Positions 10,796-20,319 of a DNA stretch of 64,000 nt are shown here, piece after piece. The notes beneath the pieces were generated by a model. The model saw only the letters and a list, made by a program, of their open reading frames with translations. It did not search any database and was not told where the DNA came from. Position numbers and translations under genes: made by a program. The stretch's first letter is position 1, and each line of letters opens with the position of its first letter. The stretch is from Obrimoposthia wandeli. Lineage: Eukaryota. Location: the NCBI GenBank assembly GCA_977020255.1, contig CDROCS010001647.1, positions 1 to 64,000 of the forward strand. Direction: 5' to 3'.

Positions 10796-11713
10796 ATGTT
10801 TGAAATTACACAAGACATGGTGATGGACACACTCGGAATGTTTGCATTCCTTGCAGTTGAATTAACAATACTATTTTTATTGATTAGCTATATCGTTGGC
10901 GTATTACAAGAATATATTCCACCATCAAAGATACAAAGTATCCTAAGTGGTAAAAACGGTAAGGGTTACTTTGTTGCAGGCCTACTCGGTGCCATAACAC
11001 CGTTTTGCTCATGTTCTACAATTCCTTTTCTTAAAGGACTGTTAAGAGCAAAAGCCGGGTTTGGTACTATGATGGTATTTTTATTCGCAAGCCCACTGCT
11101 TAACCCAATTATTATTGGTTTATTTGCAGTCACATTCGGCCTTGAAGTCACAGTATTCTACTTCGTTATCGCCATGGGTGTATCTGTTATCGCGGGTTAC
11201 ACATTGGAAAAACTAGGCTTTGAAAAATACGTTAAAGCAGAAGCATATATAACGCCAGAAGCAAAAGGTTGTGCGACAGCGTGCGGTGGTAAAAAAGCGC
11301 CGGTGAACAAATGGAAACGTATTTGGAACACAACTTGGGTTGATTTCAAAAAAGTAGTGCCGTATTTAGTCGGTGGTATTGCCCTTGGTTCAATGATTTA
11401 CGGCTTTATGCCAACTGAATTTGTAGCGAGTGTAGCAAGTGCTGACAACCCGTTTGCTATCCCAGTTGCAGCTGTCATTGGTATTCCACTGTATATCAGA
11501 GCTGAAGCGGTGATTCCTTTAAGTGCAGCATTAGCAGCAAAAGGCATGGGACTTGGCGCGGTAATGGCATTGATTATTGGTAGTGCGGGTGCAAGTTTAA
11601 CGGAAGTTGTATTACTAAAATCTATCTTTAAAAACCAAATGATTGCAGCGTTCTTATTCGTCATTCTTAGTATGGCAATTGGTGCGGGCTTCCTTTACGA
11701 ATTTATCTTCTAG
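10796..11713 (+). CDS. DUF318/ArsP-family permease
   Basis: GAITPFCSCSTIP, FASPLLNP, GIPLYIRAEAVIP and GAGASLTE motifs; central CATACG loop. Confidence 0.85.
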   Translation: MFEITQDMVMDTLGMFAFLAVELTILFLLISYIVGVLQEYIPPSKIQSILSGKNGKGYFVAGLLGAITPFCSCSTIPFLKGLLRAKAGFGTMMVFLFASPLLNPIIIGLFAVTFGLEVTVFYFVIAMGVSVIAGYTLEKLGFEKYVKAEAYITPEAKGCATACGGKKAPVNKWKRIWNTTWVDFKKVVPYLVGGIALGSMIYGFMPTEFVASVASADNPFAIPVAAVIGIPLYIRAEAVIPLSAALAAKGMGLGAVMALIIGSAGASLTEVVLLKSIFKNQMIAAFLFVILSMAIGAGFLYEFIF

Positions 11714-11718
11714 GGCAT

Positions 11719-11754
11719 TTGTTAGGTTATGTTTTAGATTATGTTTTAGGTTAT
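11719..11754. repeat. Degenerate 12-mer tandem repeat (GTTTTAGGTTAT)x3
   Basis: Begins just after the permease stop; followed by hairpin AAGGCCACA-N5-TGTGGCCTTTTT (11768-11793). Confidence 0.7.
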
Positions 11755-11813
11755 CGTTAAGCAATATAAGGCCACATCGTTTGTGGCCTTTTTACTTTAT
11801 GAGATTCTTTATA

Positions 11814-13160
11814 TTAAAATATCATGTGCGCACAAAGGGCGATGATAGGTAATGTAACCAGTGTACGCAGAATGAAGATTGCCATTAGTTCAACAATGTT
11901 CACTGGGATCTTGCTTGATAAGATAACCGAGCCCGTTTCTGACATAAAGATAAGCTGAGAGATAGACAGTGCTGCAATCACGAATTTAGTGATGTCACTT
12001 TCAATCGTTGATGCGGCGATAATTGATGGTACATACATATCGGTAAAACCAACTAATACTGTTTCCGCTGCTGCTTGTGCTTCAGGTAGATTTAATAGAT
12101 TGAGCAGTGGTACAAACGGCATACCTAACCAAGCAAATAACGGTGTCGTTTCAGCAATGATTAAACCCATGGTACCCACAGCCATGATCACAGGTAATAC
12201 CCCAAACATCATATCTAATGAATTTTGTAGGCCTTCCGCAACCGTCGATTTTACGCTTGTTACTTTACTCGCTCTTTCTAATGCTAATTGGTAACCATAT
12301 TTAACCGCTGACATTGATTCAGGGATAAGTTCGTTATCAAGATCAGGTGAACTACCGTCAATGTAGGTATCTTTTTTATAGCTTAGCGGTGGTAAGAACT
12401 GAATAATCATCGCCGCCACAATACCCGATAAGCAAATAGTTAAGTAGAAAGGCACGAAGTAGTTTTCTAAACCAACCTGCGTTAATACCACTAACGAAAA
12501 CGAAATGCCAACAGGTGAGAACATAGTCGCTACAACCGCAGCTTCTCTTTGGGTATATTTTTTCTCTTCGTATTGCTTGCTCGTTAAGATCACACCTACG
12601 GTGCCGTCACCTAACCACGATGAAATACAGTCAATCGCAGAACGACCTGGTAAGCGAAATACCGGGCGCATTACCTTACTTAACATAGTGCCTAGAAATT
12701 CTAATAAGCCGAAGTTTAATAATAATGGCAGTAACAAACCGGCGAAGAAGAAGGTAACTAGTAGTGATGGCAGTAGGTCATGCAATACTAGTCCACCGGT
12801 ATTGGCGCTCCAAATAAATTCAGGACCGACCTGATTCAAGGCTAATAAAGTGAATGCTGCACCAAGTACACGGATCACAACCCAAACCGGAGTAAGCATA
12901 AATAAACGTGTTAATAATGCGGAGTTAACAATAAAGGCGGGTTTAATCGTATTCGCGAATACCGAAATCAGTGCTGAAAAACAAATAATAACCGTGATTA
13001 ATGGGTGAATTGCGTCACCTAGCAGGCTCTTTACACCCTTCGCCATTAACGCCAGTGGAAAGGTAAAATTACCATCAACACTGAGTGGGGCAAGAAAGAA
13101 AAATAGCCCGAATAAAGAGGGGATTAAAAACACTAAGATATTTTTTCTGGTATTACTCAT
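11814..13160 (-). CDS. YjiH/COG3314 Gate-domain transporter, predicted arginine transporter (ArgW-like)
   Basis: PVFRLPGRSAIDCISSWLGDGTVG, GFTDMYVPS and SQLIFMSETG are YjiH-family motifs; tandem ARG boxes upstream. Confidence 0.8.
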   Translation of the reverse strand: MSNTRKNILVFLIPSLFGLFFFLAPLSVDGNFTFPLALMAKGVKSLLGDAIHPLITVIICFSALISVFANTIKPAFIVNSALLTRLFMLTPVWVVIRVLGAAFTLLALNQVGPEFIWSANTGGLVLHDLLPSLLVTFFFAGLLLPLLLNFGLLEFLGTMLSKVMRPVFRLPGRSAIDCISSWLGDGTVGVILTSKQYEEKKYTQREAAVVATMFSPVGISFSLVVLTQVGLENYFVPFYLTICLSGIVAAMIIQFLPPLSYKKDTYIDGSSPDLDNELIPESMSAVKYGYQLALERASKVTSVKSTVAEGLQNSLDMMFGVLPVIMAVGTMGLIIAETTPLFAWLGMPFVPLLNLLNLPEAQAAAETVLVGFTDMYVPSIIAASTIESDITKFVIAALSISQLIFMSETGSVILSSKIPVNIVELMAIFILRTLVTLPIIALCAHMIF

Positions 13161-13169
13161 TAAATTCGC

Positions 13170-13208
13170 CTTGATTTTTTATTCATTAAAACTGAGTTTT
13201 TATTCTAT
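13170..13208 (-). promoter_or_regulatory. Tandem ARG boxes (ArgR operator)
   Basis: ctTGATTTTTTATTCAtt, 3-bp spacer, acTGAGTTTTTATTCTat: two 18-mers matching nnTGAAT-w4-ATTCAnn with the canonical spacing. Confidence 0.75.
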
Positions 13209-13529
13209 CGGGCGATTTTACTTTTATATGCTATATAGTCAATATATAAATCTGGTTATATTACCAATAACCATACTCTAAGTTGTTGGTGGCTACTTAT
13301 GCATGTTAAACGTCTTTAATGGTGTTTTTGGTTGGAAATATAAGGGCGGGGGGATATTTAAGAACACACGCCTTAGCAAAACTAACATGAACAGAACCTG
13401 AACGAGGCTTGGGTAATGTTACTACTGGTCTTGTATTTAGTTATTTAGTGAACAGAATAGTAAGATAAGTAAAGTAAAGTCAGTAAGTTAGTAGTTAAAG
13501 TAAAGTACAGTAAGAAAATTTAGTTCCAT

Positions 13530-13558
13530 TTGATTTAACTAAGTATTTTAAATATATT
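13530..13558 (+). promoter_or_regulatory. Sigma70 promoter of the porin gene
   Basis: TTGATT-17 nt-TATATT; predicted +1 near 13564-13565. Confidence 0.6.
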
Positions 13559-13564
13559 GGCGCG

Positions 13565-13638
13565 GCTGACGAAGCTCGACTTAGTTTATAGATGATTTTG
13601 AGCCGAGATCTTGCCATTACTGTAATGGCCTCGTCAGC
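13565..13638 (+). ncRNA. Putative structured 5' leader of the porin mRNA
   Basis: GCTGACGA(13565-72) pairs with TCGTCAGC(13631-38), enclosing GCTC/GAGC and GCCATTA/TAATGGC stems. Confidence 0.45.
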
Positions 13639-13693
13639 TTAATTATTGACTCAACTCTTACTTTAATTATGACTTTAACTATGACCTTAAAAA

Positions 13694-14644
13694 ATGGAAC
13701 TGCTCATGAATCACATCAATAAAGCATTATCTTTTACACTGACTGCACTTGTATCTACTGTTGCTATTGCAGACGATAAAAACGCCAACGAATTTTCTTT
13801 TGGTGGACGTGTTGAAGCACAAGGTTTTCTTACTGATAGCTCTTATTCCGATGAATTTACAGCTCGCTTACATGGTCAAGGCAAATACCAACTTAATGAT
13901 GCTATTACGGCAGTTGGTAAATTAGAACTTGAATCTGAACTTCTAACGTCTTTATCTAATACGAATTTTTCAGATTATACTCGTTATGCCTATGCGGGTG
14001 TTGAAACGGCTTATGGTACGCTGACATACGGTACTCAAGATAATGCGGTTACCTATCTAACAGACTTTACTGATATGGCTGAAGTTTATAGCGGTTATAC
14101 CAACTCAAATATTATCGCAAGTGATGATCGCGCTGAAAGTACGTTACTTTATAGTGTGACCAAGGGTGATTTTAAATTTAATGCCTCAGCAAATTTAGAC
14201 GAAAATGAAAAAGGTGGCGGTGTGATGCTTGCTTACCAATTACGTCCGGATGTTGAAGTGAGCGCGGGTTATGCTACAACAGAAGCGGCTGAGTTCTTAT
14301 CAGATTCGTCAGAGGTATACATGCTTGGTGCTCGTTATACTAAAGACGGTTTCTTACTGTCTGGTTTAGTGCAAAAAGGCACGGTATTCGATGATGACTT
14401 TAATGCTGTGGATGCATTTGCGTCTTATGGCTTTGGTGAAAACACCGTTAGTCTTTCGTATAACTATTTAAGTGCTGATGCACGAGAACATCTAGATATT
14501 AACTTCCTTGCCGTTGAATATGGTCGTTATTTTGGTGGCGTCGCGCTATATACAGGTTATAAAGTTTCATTAGGTTCTGATACTTCAGCTGCGCTAGGCA
14601 AAAATGCAGATGAGTTCATGCTGGGTGCTCGTTACGAGTTCTAA
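13694..14644 (+). CDS. Gram-negative trimeric porin (OmpU-like); start may be 13706
   Basis: Signal peptide, FSFGGRVEA, RYAYAG...GTLTYG, C-terminal GARYEF ending in Phe. Confidence 0.9.
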   Translation: MELLMNHINKALSFTLTALVSTVAIADDKNANEFSFGGRVEAQGFLTDSSYSDEFTARLHGQGKYQLNDAITAVGKLELESELLTSLSNTNFSDYTRYAYAGVETAYGTLTYGTQDNAVTYLTDFTDMAEVYSGYTNSNIIASDDRAESTLLYSVTKGDFKFNASANLDENEKGGGVMLAYQLRPDVEVSAGYATTEAAEFLSDSSEVYMLGARYTKDGFLLSGLVQKGTVFDDDFNAVDAFASYGFGENTVSLSYNYLSADAREHLDINFLAVEYGRYFGGVALYTGYKVSLGSDTSAALGKNADEFMLGARYEF

Positions 14645-14654
14645 CTTTATCCCA

Positions 14655-14684
14655 AGATCAAAAAAGCCTCCAAGGAAGGAGGCT
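14655..14684. terminator. Hairpin repeat copy 3, between convergent porin and phasin-like genes
   Basis: AGATCAAAAAAGCCTCCAAGGAAGGAGGCT. Confidence 0.7.
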
Positions 14685-14704
14685 AATAACAATAAAGCGT
14701 ATGA

Positions 14705-15082
14705 TTATACTTTTGCTGGTTCAGCTTTAAGTTCGCTGATCATTGCAGTCAGTTGGTCAATTTTAGCTTCTACTTCATTCAATTTTTGACCTTGAACACC
14801 AGTAAAACGACTTGTGATGCTTTGCGCTTTAGTTTCAATTGAGTCTAACGTGATTTTTTTAGCAAAAAGACCAGACGCTTTTTCTTTTAGTTTAGGTTCA
14901 ACTTGCGTACCGCGTTCAACTAAAGATTCAAAAAGTTGCGTTGCTTTATCTGATGATTTTGATGCTTCATCAAGGATAGTGCCATAAACACCAAAACCAG
15001 CAGTGACAGATGTTTTAGCAGTGTCTTTTGCGACAGTTAAGATAGTTTTTGCTTGGTTAAGTAAGTTACTCATGATAATCAC
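14705..15082 (-). CDS. Phasin (PhaF/PhaI, poly-granule associated)-like protein copy 2; start may be 15073
   Basis: TAGFGVYG...LFESLVERGTQVE and a C-terminal coiled coil LNEVEAKIDQLTAMISEL resemble the PhaI/PhaF family. Confidence 0.65.
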   Translation of the reverse strand: MIIMSNLLNQAKTILTVAKDTAKTSVTAGFGVYGTILDEASKSSDKATQLFESLVERGTQVEPKLKEKASGLFAKKITLDSIETKAQSITSRFTGVQGQKLNEVEAKIDQLTAMISELKAEPAKV

Positions 15083-15274
15083 TCCTCGTTAAATAATTTG
15101 ATTTAGGTTTTTTTCAACTGAGTTAATCATATTGGTTTTATTTAGAAATAGAATTCCAGAACGTTATTCCAGCACACTTATCTAACAACTATATTCTTTA
15201 TGGCTGGGCTGGTGAGTTCTGTTATAGTGACATCAGTACGATTTTTATCGTTAACTCACTAAGGAATAAAATAA

Positions 15275-15892
15275 ATGAGTCTATTACTAGAACATGCGTT
15301 GACTGTTTTTATGGCCTTTTTTGCGATTATGAATCCGATTGCAAATACGACTGTTTTTGCTGGACTAACAGGGTCGATGGGGAAGTCTGAACAAATTAAA
15401 ATTGCGGTTAAATCGCTTACTATTACCTTTGTGATTATTGTTTTGTTTTCAATTTTAGGTAAATCAATCTTCCACCTATTTGGGATCACGCTGCCTGCAT
15501 TGCGTATAACTGGAGGGATTTTGGTATTTCTTGTTGGTTATCACATGTTGCAAGGTAAAAGTTCTAAGCTGCATACAGCAGAAGAAACTAATGATTCAGA
15601 TATTGCGGTATCTCCGTTAGCTGTGCCGCTGCTTGCAGGCCCTGGCACGATAGCGACAGCAATGAATTATTCATCGGCAGGTGGATGGAGTGAAATTGTT
15701 ATCACTGTTGTCGCATTTGCGGTGTTATGTCTTATCACATTCTTTTGTTTTATTTTTTCGTCGAAGATTATTTCGGCAATCGGTGAGAGTGGCTTGAGTA
15801 TTGTGACCCGCTTAATGGGACTTATCTTGGCTGTTATTGGTGTGCAAATGTTGATTGGTGGCGTTACCGCAGTTATCGGTTCGCTAAGCTGA
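15275..15892 (+). CDS. MarC family membrane protein
   Basis: FFAIMNPI, LFGITLPALRITGG, PLAVPLLAGPG, RLMGLILAVIGVQM. Confidence 0.92.
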   Translation: MSLLLEHALTVFMAFFAIMNPIANTTVFAGLTGSMGKSEQIKIAVKSLTITFVIIVLFSILGKSIFHLFGITLPALRITGGILVFLVGYHMLQGKSSKLHTAEETNDSDIAVSPLAVPLLAGPGTIATAMNYSSAGGWSEIVITVVAFAVLCLITFFCFIFSSKIISAIGESGLSIVTRLMGLILAVIGVQMLIGGVTAVIGSLS

Positions 15893-15916
15893 TATACCGA
15901 TAAGGGTATGATTTAT

Positions 15917-15956
15917 TTACGCGGCACACCGATACTATTATCGATGTGCCGCGTAA
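15917..15956. terminator. Long hairpin between convergent MarC and hflX
   Basis: TTACGCGGCACACCGATA...TATCGATGTGCCGCGTAA. Confidence 0.7.
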
Positions 15957-15963
15957 CGATTAA

Positions 15964-17340
15964 TTAAAACGTAGTTAGTTGCAGCATTTTATGCAAACGT
16001 TCTAACGCTACAGGACTGGCTTTCATGGTAATACGAATACCAGTCTCGTGATATTCCTCTTCAATAACCTGCATTTTACTGTGAATTTCACCCATCACGC
16101 CGCTGGCAGTGTAAGGGATATCAAAACACGCTGCGCACATTTTCTTTTCAAGTAATTTTTGAATTTCTTTATGTACGAATGCAACATCGGCTTTATCGTG
16201 TGCACTGATTTGTAATGCATCAGGGTAACGCTCTAGCAGGTCTAACTGTTGTTCTTCAGTTAAACGGTCAACCTTGTTTAACAATAATACCTTGTTGTTT
16301 AAATCTATATTTAACTGATCTAATACATGGTCAACAATGGCTAACTGCGAAGTGAAATTCGGATCTGAGGCATCAACGACGTAAAGTAATAAGTCGGCAT
16401 TTTTAGCTTCTTCCAAAGTGGAATGAAACGATGCAACTAAATCATGTGGCAGTTTTTGGATAAAACCAACGGTGTCCGAGATTAAAATACGCGGTTGTGT
16501 TGGCGGCTGTAGCGTACGCACTGTGGTATCTAGCGTCGCAAACAGTTTATCTTCAACTAATACTTCAGTATCTGTTAAAGCGCGCATTAATGATGATTTA
16601 CCAGCATTGGTATAACCAACAAGTGCTACGGTTAACTGCTCAACACGACCACTACTACGACCGTCCATTTCACGTTGTAGCTTGACTAGCTCACGTCTTA
16701 GCTCGGCGATTTGTGTGCGAACACGGCGACGATTAATCTCAAACACTGTTTCACTGATTGAACGGCCTTTTTGGCGTTCACGATCGCCACTGCTTTCATC
16801 ACGTAATCGCGGTGTTAGGTAGTTAAGTCGCGCAATTTCTACTTGTAGCTTTGCTGTACGAGTACGGGCGTGTTTACTAAAAATTTCGATAATAACGCGG
16901 GTACGATCGTAAACTTCTACGCCGAGTGCCTCTTCAACATTACTTAATTGATTCGGGCTTAGCTCGCAATCGAATACCACAACGTTAGCTTGGCATGTAA
17001 TATCTGTTGTTGCTAATAATTGGCTTAACTCGTCTTGGTCTAATTCAATCTGAACTTCATCTTCATAAAATGTGCTTTCACCGGTTAATGTGGCTAATTC
17101 TTCTAGTTTACCCGAGCCTAATACAGACAGCTGTTTAGTCGATCTTTGGCGTTGGGTTTTAGCGCCAACTACAGAGAAACCAAGGGTGCTAACTAAGCGG
17201 CCTAATTCAGATAATGATTCGTCTACTTCTTGCTGGCTAACACAAGGCGTGCGAATAGCGATTAATAAGGCGCGGTTAACGGAGTGTTCTGTTGTTGCGA
17301 TCGACATGTCGGTACTCATTTTAAGTAATATGGGGTGCAT
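15964..17340 (-). CDS. hflX: GTPase HflX paralog (start uncertain, 17340/17319/17307)
   Basis: DRTRVIIEIF..HART..AKLQVEIA, GYTNAGKSS, DKLFATLDTT, DTVGF, NKVD, ISA; not in the usual miaA-hfq-hflKC context. Confidence 0.92.
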   Translation of the reverse strand: MHPILLKMSTDMSIATTEHSVNRALLIAIRTPCVSQQEVDESLSELGRLVSTLGFSVVGAKTQRQRSTKQLSVLGSGKLEELATLTGESTFYEDEVQIELDQDELSQLLATTDITCQANVVVFDCELSPNQLSNVEEALGVEVYDRTRVIIEIFSKHARTRTAKLQVEIARLNYLTPRLRDESSGDRERQKGRSISETVFEINRRRVRTQIAELRRELVKLQREMDGRSSGRVEQLTVALVGYTNAGKSSLMRALTDTEVLVEDKLFATLDTTVRTLQPPTQPRILISDTVGFIQKLPHDLVASFHSTLEEAKNADLLLYVVDASDPNFTSQLAIVDHVLDQLNIDLNNKVLLLNKVDRLTEEQQLDLLERYPDALQISAHDKADVAFVHKEIQKLLEKKMCAACFDIPYTASGVMGEIHSKMQVIEEEYHETGIRITMKASPVALERLHKMLQLTTF

Positions 17341-17413
17341 CCTACCCGTTTGTGCTCTGCTTTTATATACGCATTTCGAGTTTCTCTGTTTAGAGTAAAG
17401 CGATAGATGCTTT

Positions 17414-17854
17414 TTATTGCATCGGTACTGTGTTTGGTATGCATTTTCGGCTGATAATAACGGCTCTTATGTTGTCGTACACCCAGTTGAAGATAAAAGC
17501 ATAAATAGTAATGAAAACCGTCACCACAATATCCATCATGAATGCATCGACAATACTGATCGTTAAAATATAAGCCATCACAGGTACGGTGAGTACTAAT
17601 AGCCCCAATTCAAAAATGATGACATGAAATAATCGTAGCTTCATGGTTCGTTTGTTTTTATCCCCAGTGAAGAATAGATCGAATAACCAATTAAAGAAAA
17701 AATTCCACGCCATGGCGATACTCGCGATAACTATCATGGTACCTGATAAGACCTGAGGGTCATGATTGGTAAAGATAATTAATCCGAGGATGGAAAGCGA
17801 AACTGCTAATACTTCAAATAGCAGGGCGTGAAAAATACGTTCTAGTGTCGACAT
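17414..17854 (-). CDS. PACE (AceI-like) efflux transporter
   Basis: ERIFHALLFE..., AWNFFFNWLFD, RLFHVIIFELG, FNWVYD duplicated BTP motif. Confidence 0.92.
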   Translation of the reverse strand: MSTLERIFHALLFEVLAVSLSILGLIIFTNHDPQVLSGTMIVIASIAMAWNFFFNWLFDLFFTGDKNKRTMKLRLFHVIIFELGLLVLTVPVMAYILTISIVDAFMMDIVVTVFITIYAFIFNWVYDNIRAVIISRKCIPNTVPMQ

Positions 17855-17955
17855 GGCGTTGCTCTCTATGGTTTATAGCGGTCAATAAGATCGCTCTTAT
17901 TGGTAGTAATGCGAGGATTATTGCATTGCTGTGATGTAGCGCAAAGTTAACAGCC

Positions 17956-17970
17956 ATCACAAAGTGTGAT
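17956..17970. promoter_or_regulatory. LysR-type T-N11-A palindrome
   Basis: ATCAC-AAAGT-GTGAT between the divergent PACE and LysR genes. Confidence 0.55.
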
Positions 17971-18007
17971 AGCTTGGTGAATTGATGACAATGCGGGTGG
18001 GAAGTCG

Positions 18008-18895
18008 ATGTACAGTTTTGAGCAACTGAAAATATTTGTCTGTGTGTGCGAGTGTGGCTCTTTTTCAGCAGCGGCTCGGCAATTAAAACGGGCGCAATCA
18101 GGTGTTAGCCAATCAATCTCGAATCTGGAGATTGCGGTCAATCAAGATCTGTTTTCACGCGATAAAAATACCCCTGTGTTAACCGACAATGGTAAGGCCT
18201 TGCTGCCGATTGCCCGCGCGATCTTACATCAACAGCATTTTTTCGATCAAAAAGTGGAATCGTTAAGCAGCCTCGATGAACATGAATTGGTGATCGCGAT
18301 TGATGAAAGTGCCGTTAATCAGATTTTGCTCGATTTACTTTGTCAGTGCGCAGAACGATTTCCGCTAACGCATATTGAAATTTTATTAGGCTCGACGTTT
18401 GATGTTGAAGAGATGGTGCGAAGTGGCAGAGCGCATGTGGGCATACTTTATTTTAATGGCTTACTGAAAAGCGATATGGACCATTATATTATCGGTCACA
18501 ATAAATTCATCACGATTGTTTCTCCTGAACACGCTTTAAATGCGTTACCTCAAGTGAGCGAGGCGGATTTACAAGTGCATCGTCAAATTGTATATCGTAG
18601 TGCGGAATATAAAGAATTGTGGTTTAGTTATGGCATCAGTACTCATTCTTGGTATGCCAATAGCCATCAAATGCTGTTAGATCTAGCTAGTCGTGGTGTC
18701 GGTTGGGCAGTTGTTCCTGAAAGTATGGCGGCGGCTTATTTATGTGATAAAAGGCTGGTGGCATTACCTGTAGTATTTGAACCCAATGGTTGGATGACGG
18801 CGGTGGGTTGCTTGGTATCAAGAAGGCAGCAGAGAGGCCCTGTGTTGGAACACATATTGTCGATGCTGCAGACGAAATATGATGTCACTATTTAA
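18008..18895 (+). CDS. LysR family regulator (AceR-like, divergent from PACE)
   Basis: GSFSAAARQLKRAQSGVSQSISNLE helix-turn-helix plus substrate-binding domain. Confidence 0.95.
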   Translation: MYSFEQLKIFVCVCECGSFSAAARQLKRAQSGVSQSISNLEIAVNQDLFSRDKNTPVLTDNGKALLPIARAILHQQHFFDQKVESLSSLDEHELVIAIDESAVNQILLDLLCQCAERFPLTHIEILLGSTFDVEEMVRSGRAHVGILYFNGLLKSDMDHYIIGHNKFITIVSPEHALNALPQVSEADLQVHRQIVYRSAEYKELWFSYGISTHSWYANSHQMLLDLASRGVGWAVVPESMAAAYLCDKRLVALPVVFEPNGWMTAVGCLVSRRQQRGPVLEHILSMLQTKYDVTI

Positions 18896-18936
18896 ACGGT
18901 ATAAATAACCATATAAATAATGACATCGATAAATGC

Positions 18937-20031
18937 TTAACGCTGTTCTAAAGGATATGAGCGATAGCTCCACATGCCGTAAACACGTAATGCATCACGA
19001 TAAATACCTAATAGCTCACCACCTGTTGGGATCTTTAATTCTGCTAACGGCTTATCATTGGCTGCGTAAGTATCAAAGGTTATGCCTTTAGGACCAGTCT
19101 GCCAATTCGCTACTTCAAACAATGCTTGTCCACGACGGACGTGGCTTGCAGAACTAATAATCGTCGCGTGGTCGATATTATGACGAGCCAATGCATAACT
19201 GCTATAAAGGGCATTTTCTACCGTACTTCTAGCGTAGTTGTCTTCAATAATTCGTGAGGCATCAATGCCATTTTTAACTAACCAATCCGCCATCAACTTA
19301 CCTTCGGTTTTATGATTTTTAGGCACGCCTCCGGTCACTACAATGTAAGCGTTCGGGCGTTGTTTCGCCATCGCTAAAGTGGCGTTGAGTCTTTCGATGA
19401 GGATTGTGTTCATGCTGCCATCAGGATTTAACGCGTAACCTAAGGTGATGATTGCGGTATTGCCAGTCGCGTTATCTTTGATTTTATTACTTAGTGGGGT
19501 AGCGACGATCTTATCAACGGTTGTAATGATTTTTTTCAAATCGTCCATACGGCCTTTGTTTAATTTTTCTAATGCATTGAGATGTTGAGTCACGGCGCTT
19601 TTGTTATGTTTGAAATTTTGCCAGATCGCTAAATAAGAGTGGGCATCTACGTCATCTGGAGCCACATCTAAAATTTGGCTGAATAACTCGATGGCGCGAT
19701 CTACGTTACTGTTATAGATTTGGGCATTCGCGGCTGAAAATAATAAATCAACTCTGTAGGGTTCGAGTTTATAAGCATCAAGCAAGTTATTGGTGATCAT
19801 TTCCATATTGCTTGGCATTTTTGCCGTGAACCCAGCGTGAGAGATACGTGCTGGATTTTTAAAAACTTGATAAGCATCGTTAAGTAGTTGATCTACAACT
19901 TGACGTTGCGAGGTCATTTCGGTGTAACTGATTTGTGGTTGCACAGCATCTAACGCAGCGAAACTTGGCGTTGAATAAACAGTGCTAGAAAGAATAACGG
20001 CTAAAGAAAGTGTTAAGAAGGTGCGTTTCAT
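18937..20031 (-). CDS. Secreted TPR + YdcF/ElyC/SanA (DUF218) protein
   Basis: Signal peptide MKRTFLTLSLAV; TPR-like helices (AIELFSQILDVAPDDVDAH); DUF218 motifs IITLGYAL, VVTGG, EDNYARSTVENA, SSASHVRR. Start set at ATG 20031. Confidence 0.85.
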   Translation of the reverse strand: MKRTFLTLSLAVILSSTVYSTPSFAALDAVQPQISYTEMTSQRQVVDQLLNDAYQVFKNPARISHAGFTAKMPSNMEMITNNLLDAYKLEPYRVDLLFSAANAQIYNSNVDRAIELFSQILDVAPDDVDAHSYLAIWQNFKHNKSAVTQHLNALEKLNKGRMDDLKKIITTVDKIVATPLSNKIKDNATGNTAIITLGYALNPDGSMNTILIERLNATLAMAKQRPNAYIVVTGGVPKNHKTEGKLMADWLVKNGIDASRIIEDNYARSTVENALYSSYALARHNIDHATIISSASHVRRGQALFEVANWQTGPKGITFDTYAANDKPLAELKIPTGGELLGIYRDALRVYGMWSYRSYPLEQR

Positions 20032-20170
20032 TATTAACCCAAGATATAAAATATAATTAATTATATTATCGATAACGGTAGCGTAATTCTGTGAGTGTTG
20101 TCGCAATAGAACGGTATAAAGGCCTGTAAATGTATTGCTGTTGAATATTTAACTTTAAATATTATTAGTT

Positions 20171-20200
20171 TATAGGGATTTATAATTAAAAACAGCGATA
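20171..20200 (+). pseudogene. Relic 5' end of a third yhfL-like copy
   Basis: 26/30 identical to 20825-20854 (RBS and first codons of copy 2), with ATG changed to ATT. Confidence 0.5.
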
Positions 20201-20319
20201 GCGAGATGACGTTCGCTTGTCCTATTTCAACATTTAGATGTGAGATTCTATTTTATTAAATTATATTGAATTCGGAAATAATATTAACCTTAATATTATA
20301 TTTTTAAATGGATTTAATC

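Noticed and set aside
13459-13514. AGTAA-rich stretch upstream of the porin promoter
   Set aside because: Low-complexity degenerate repeat without consistent period; possible regulator sites but not supportable.
7004-15160. Phasin duplication as an assembly artefact
   Set aside because: The copies differ by many substitutions and have different C-terminal tails and outer flanks, so they are true paralogs.
17347-17378. Possible leader-peptide attenuator upstream of the hflX paralog
   Set aside because: Only a 3-codon ORF (MRI) and a weak hairpin; no convincing terminator/antiterminator pair.
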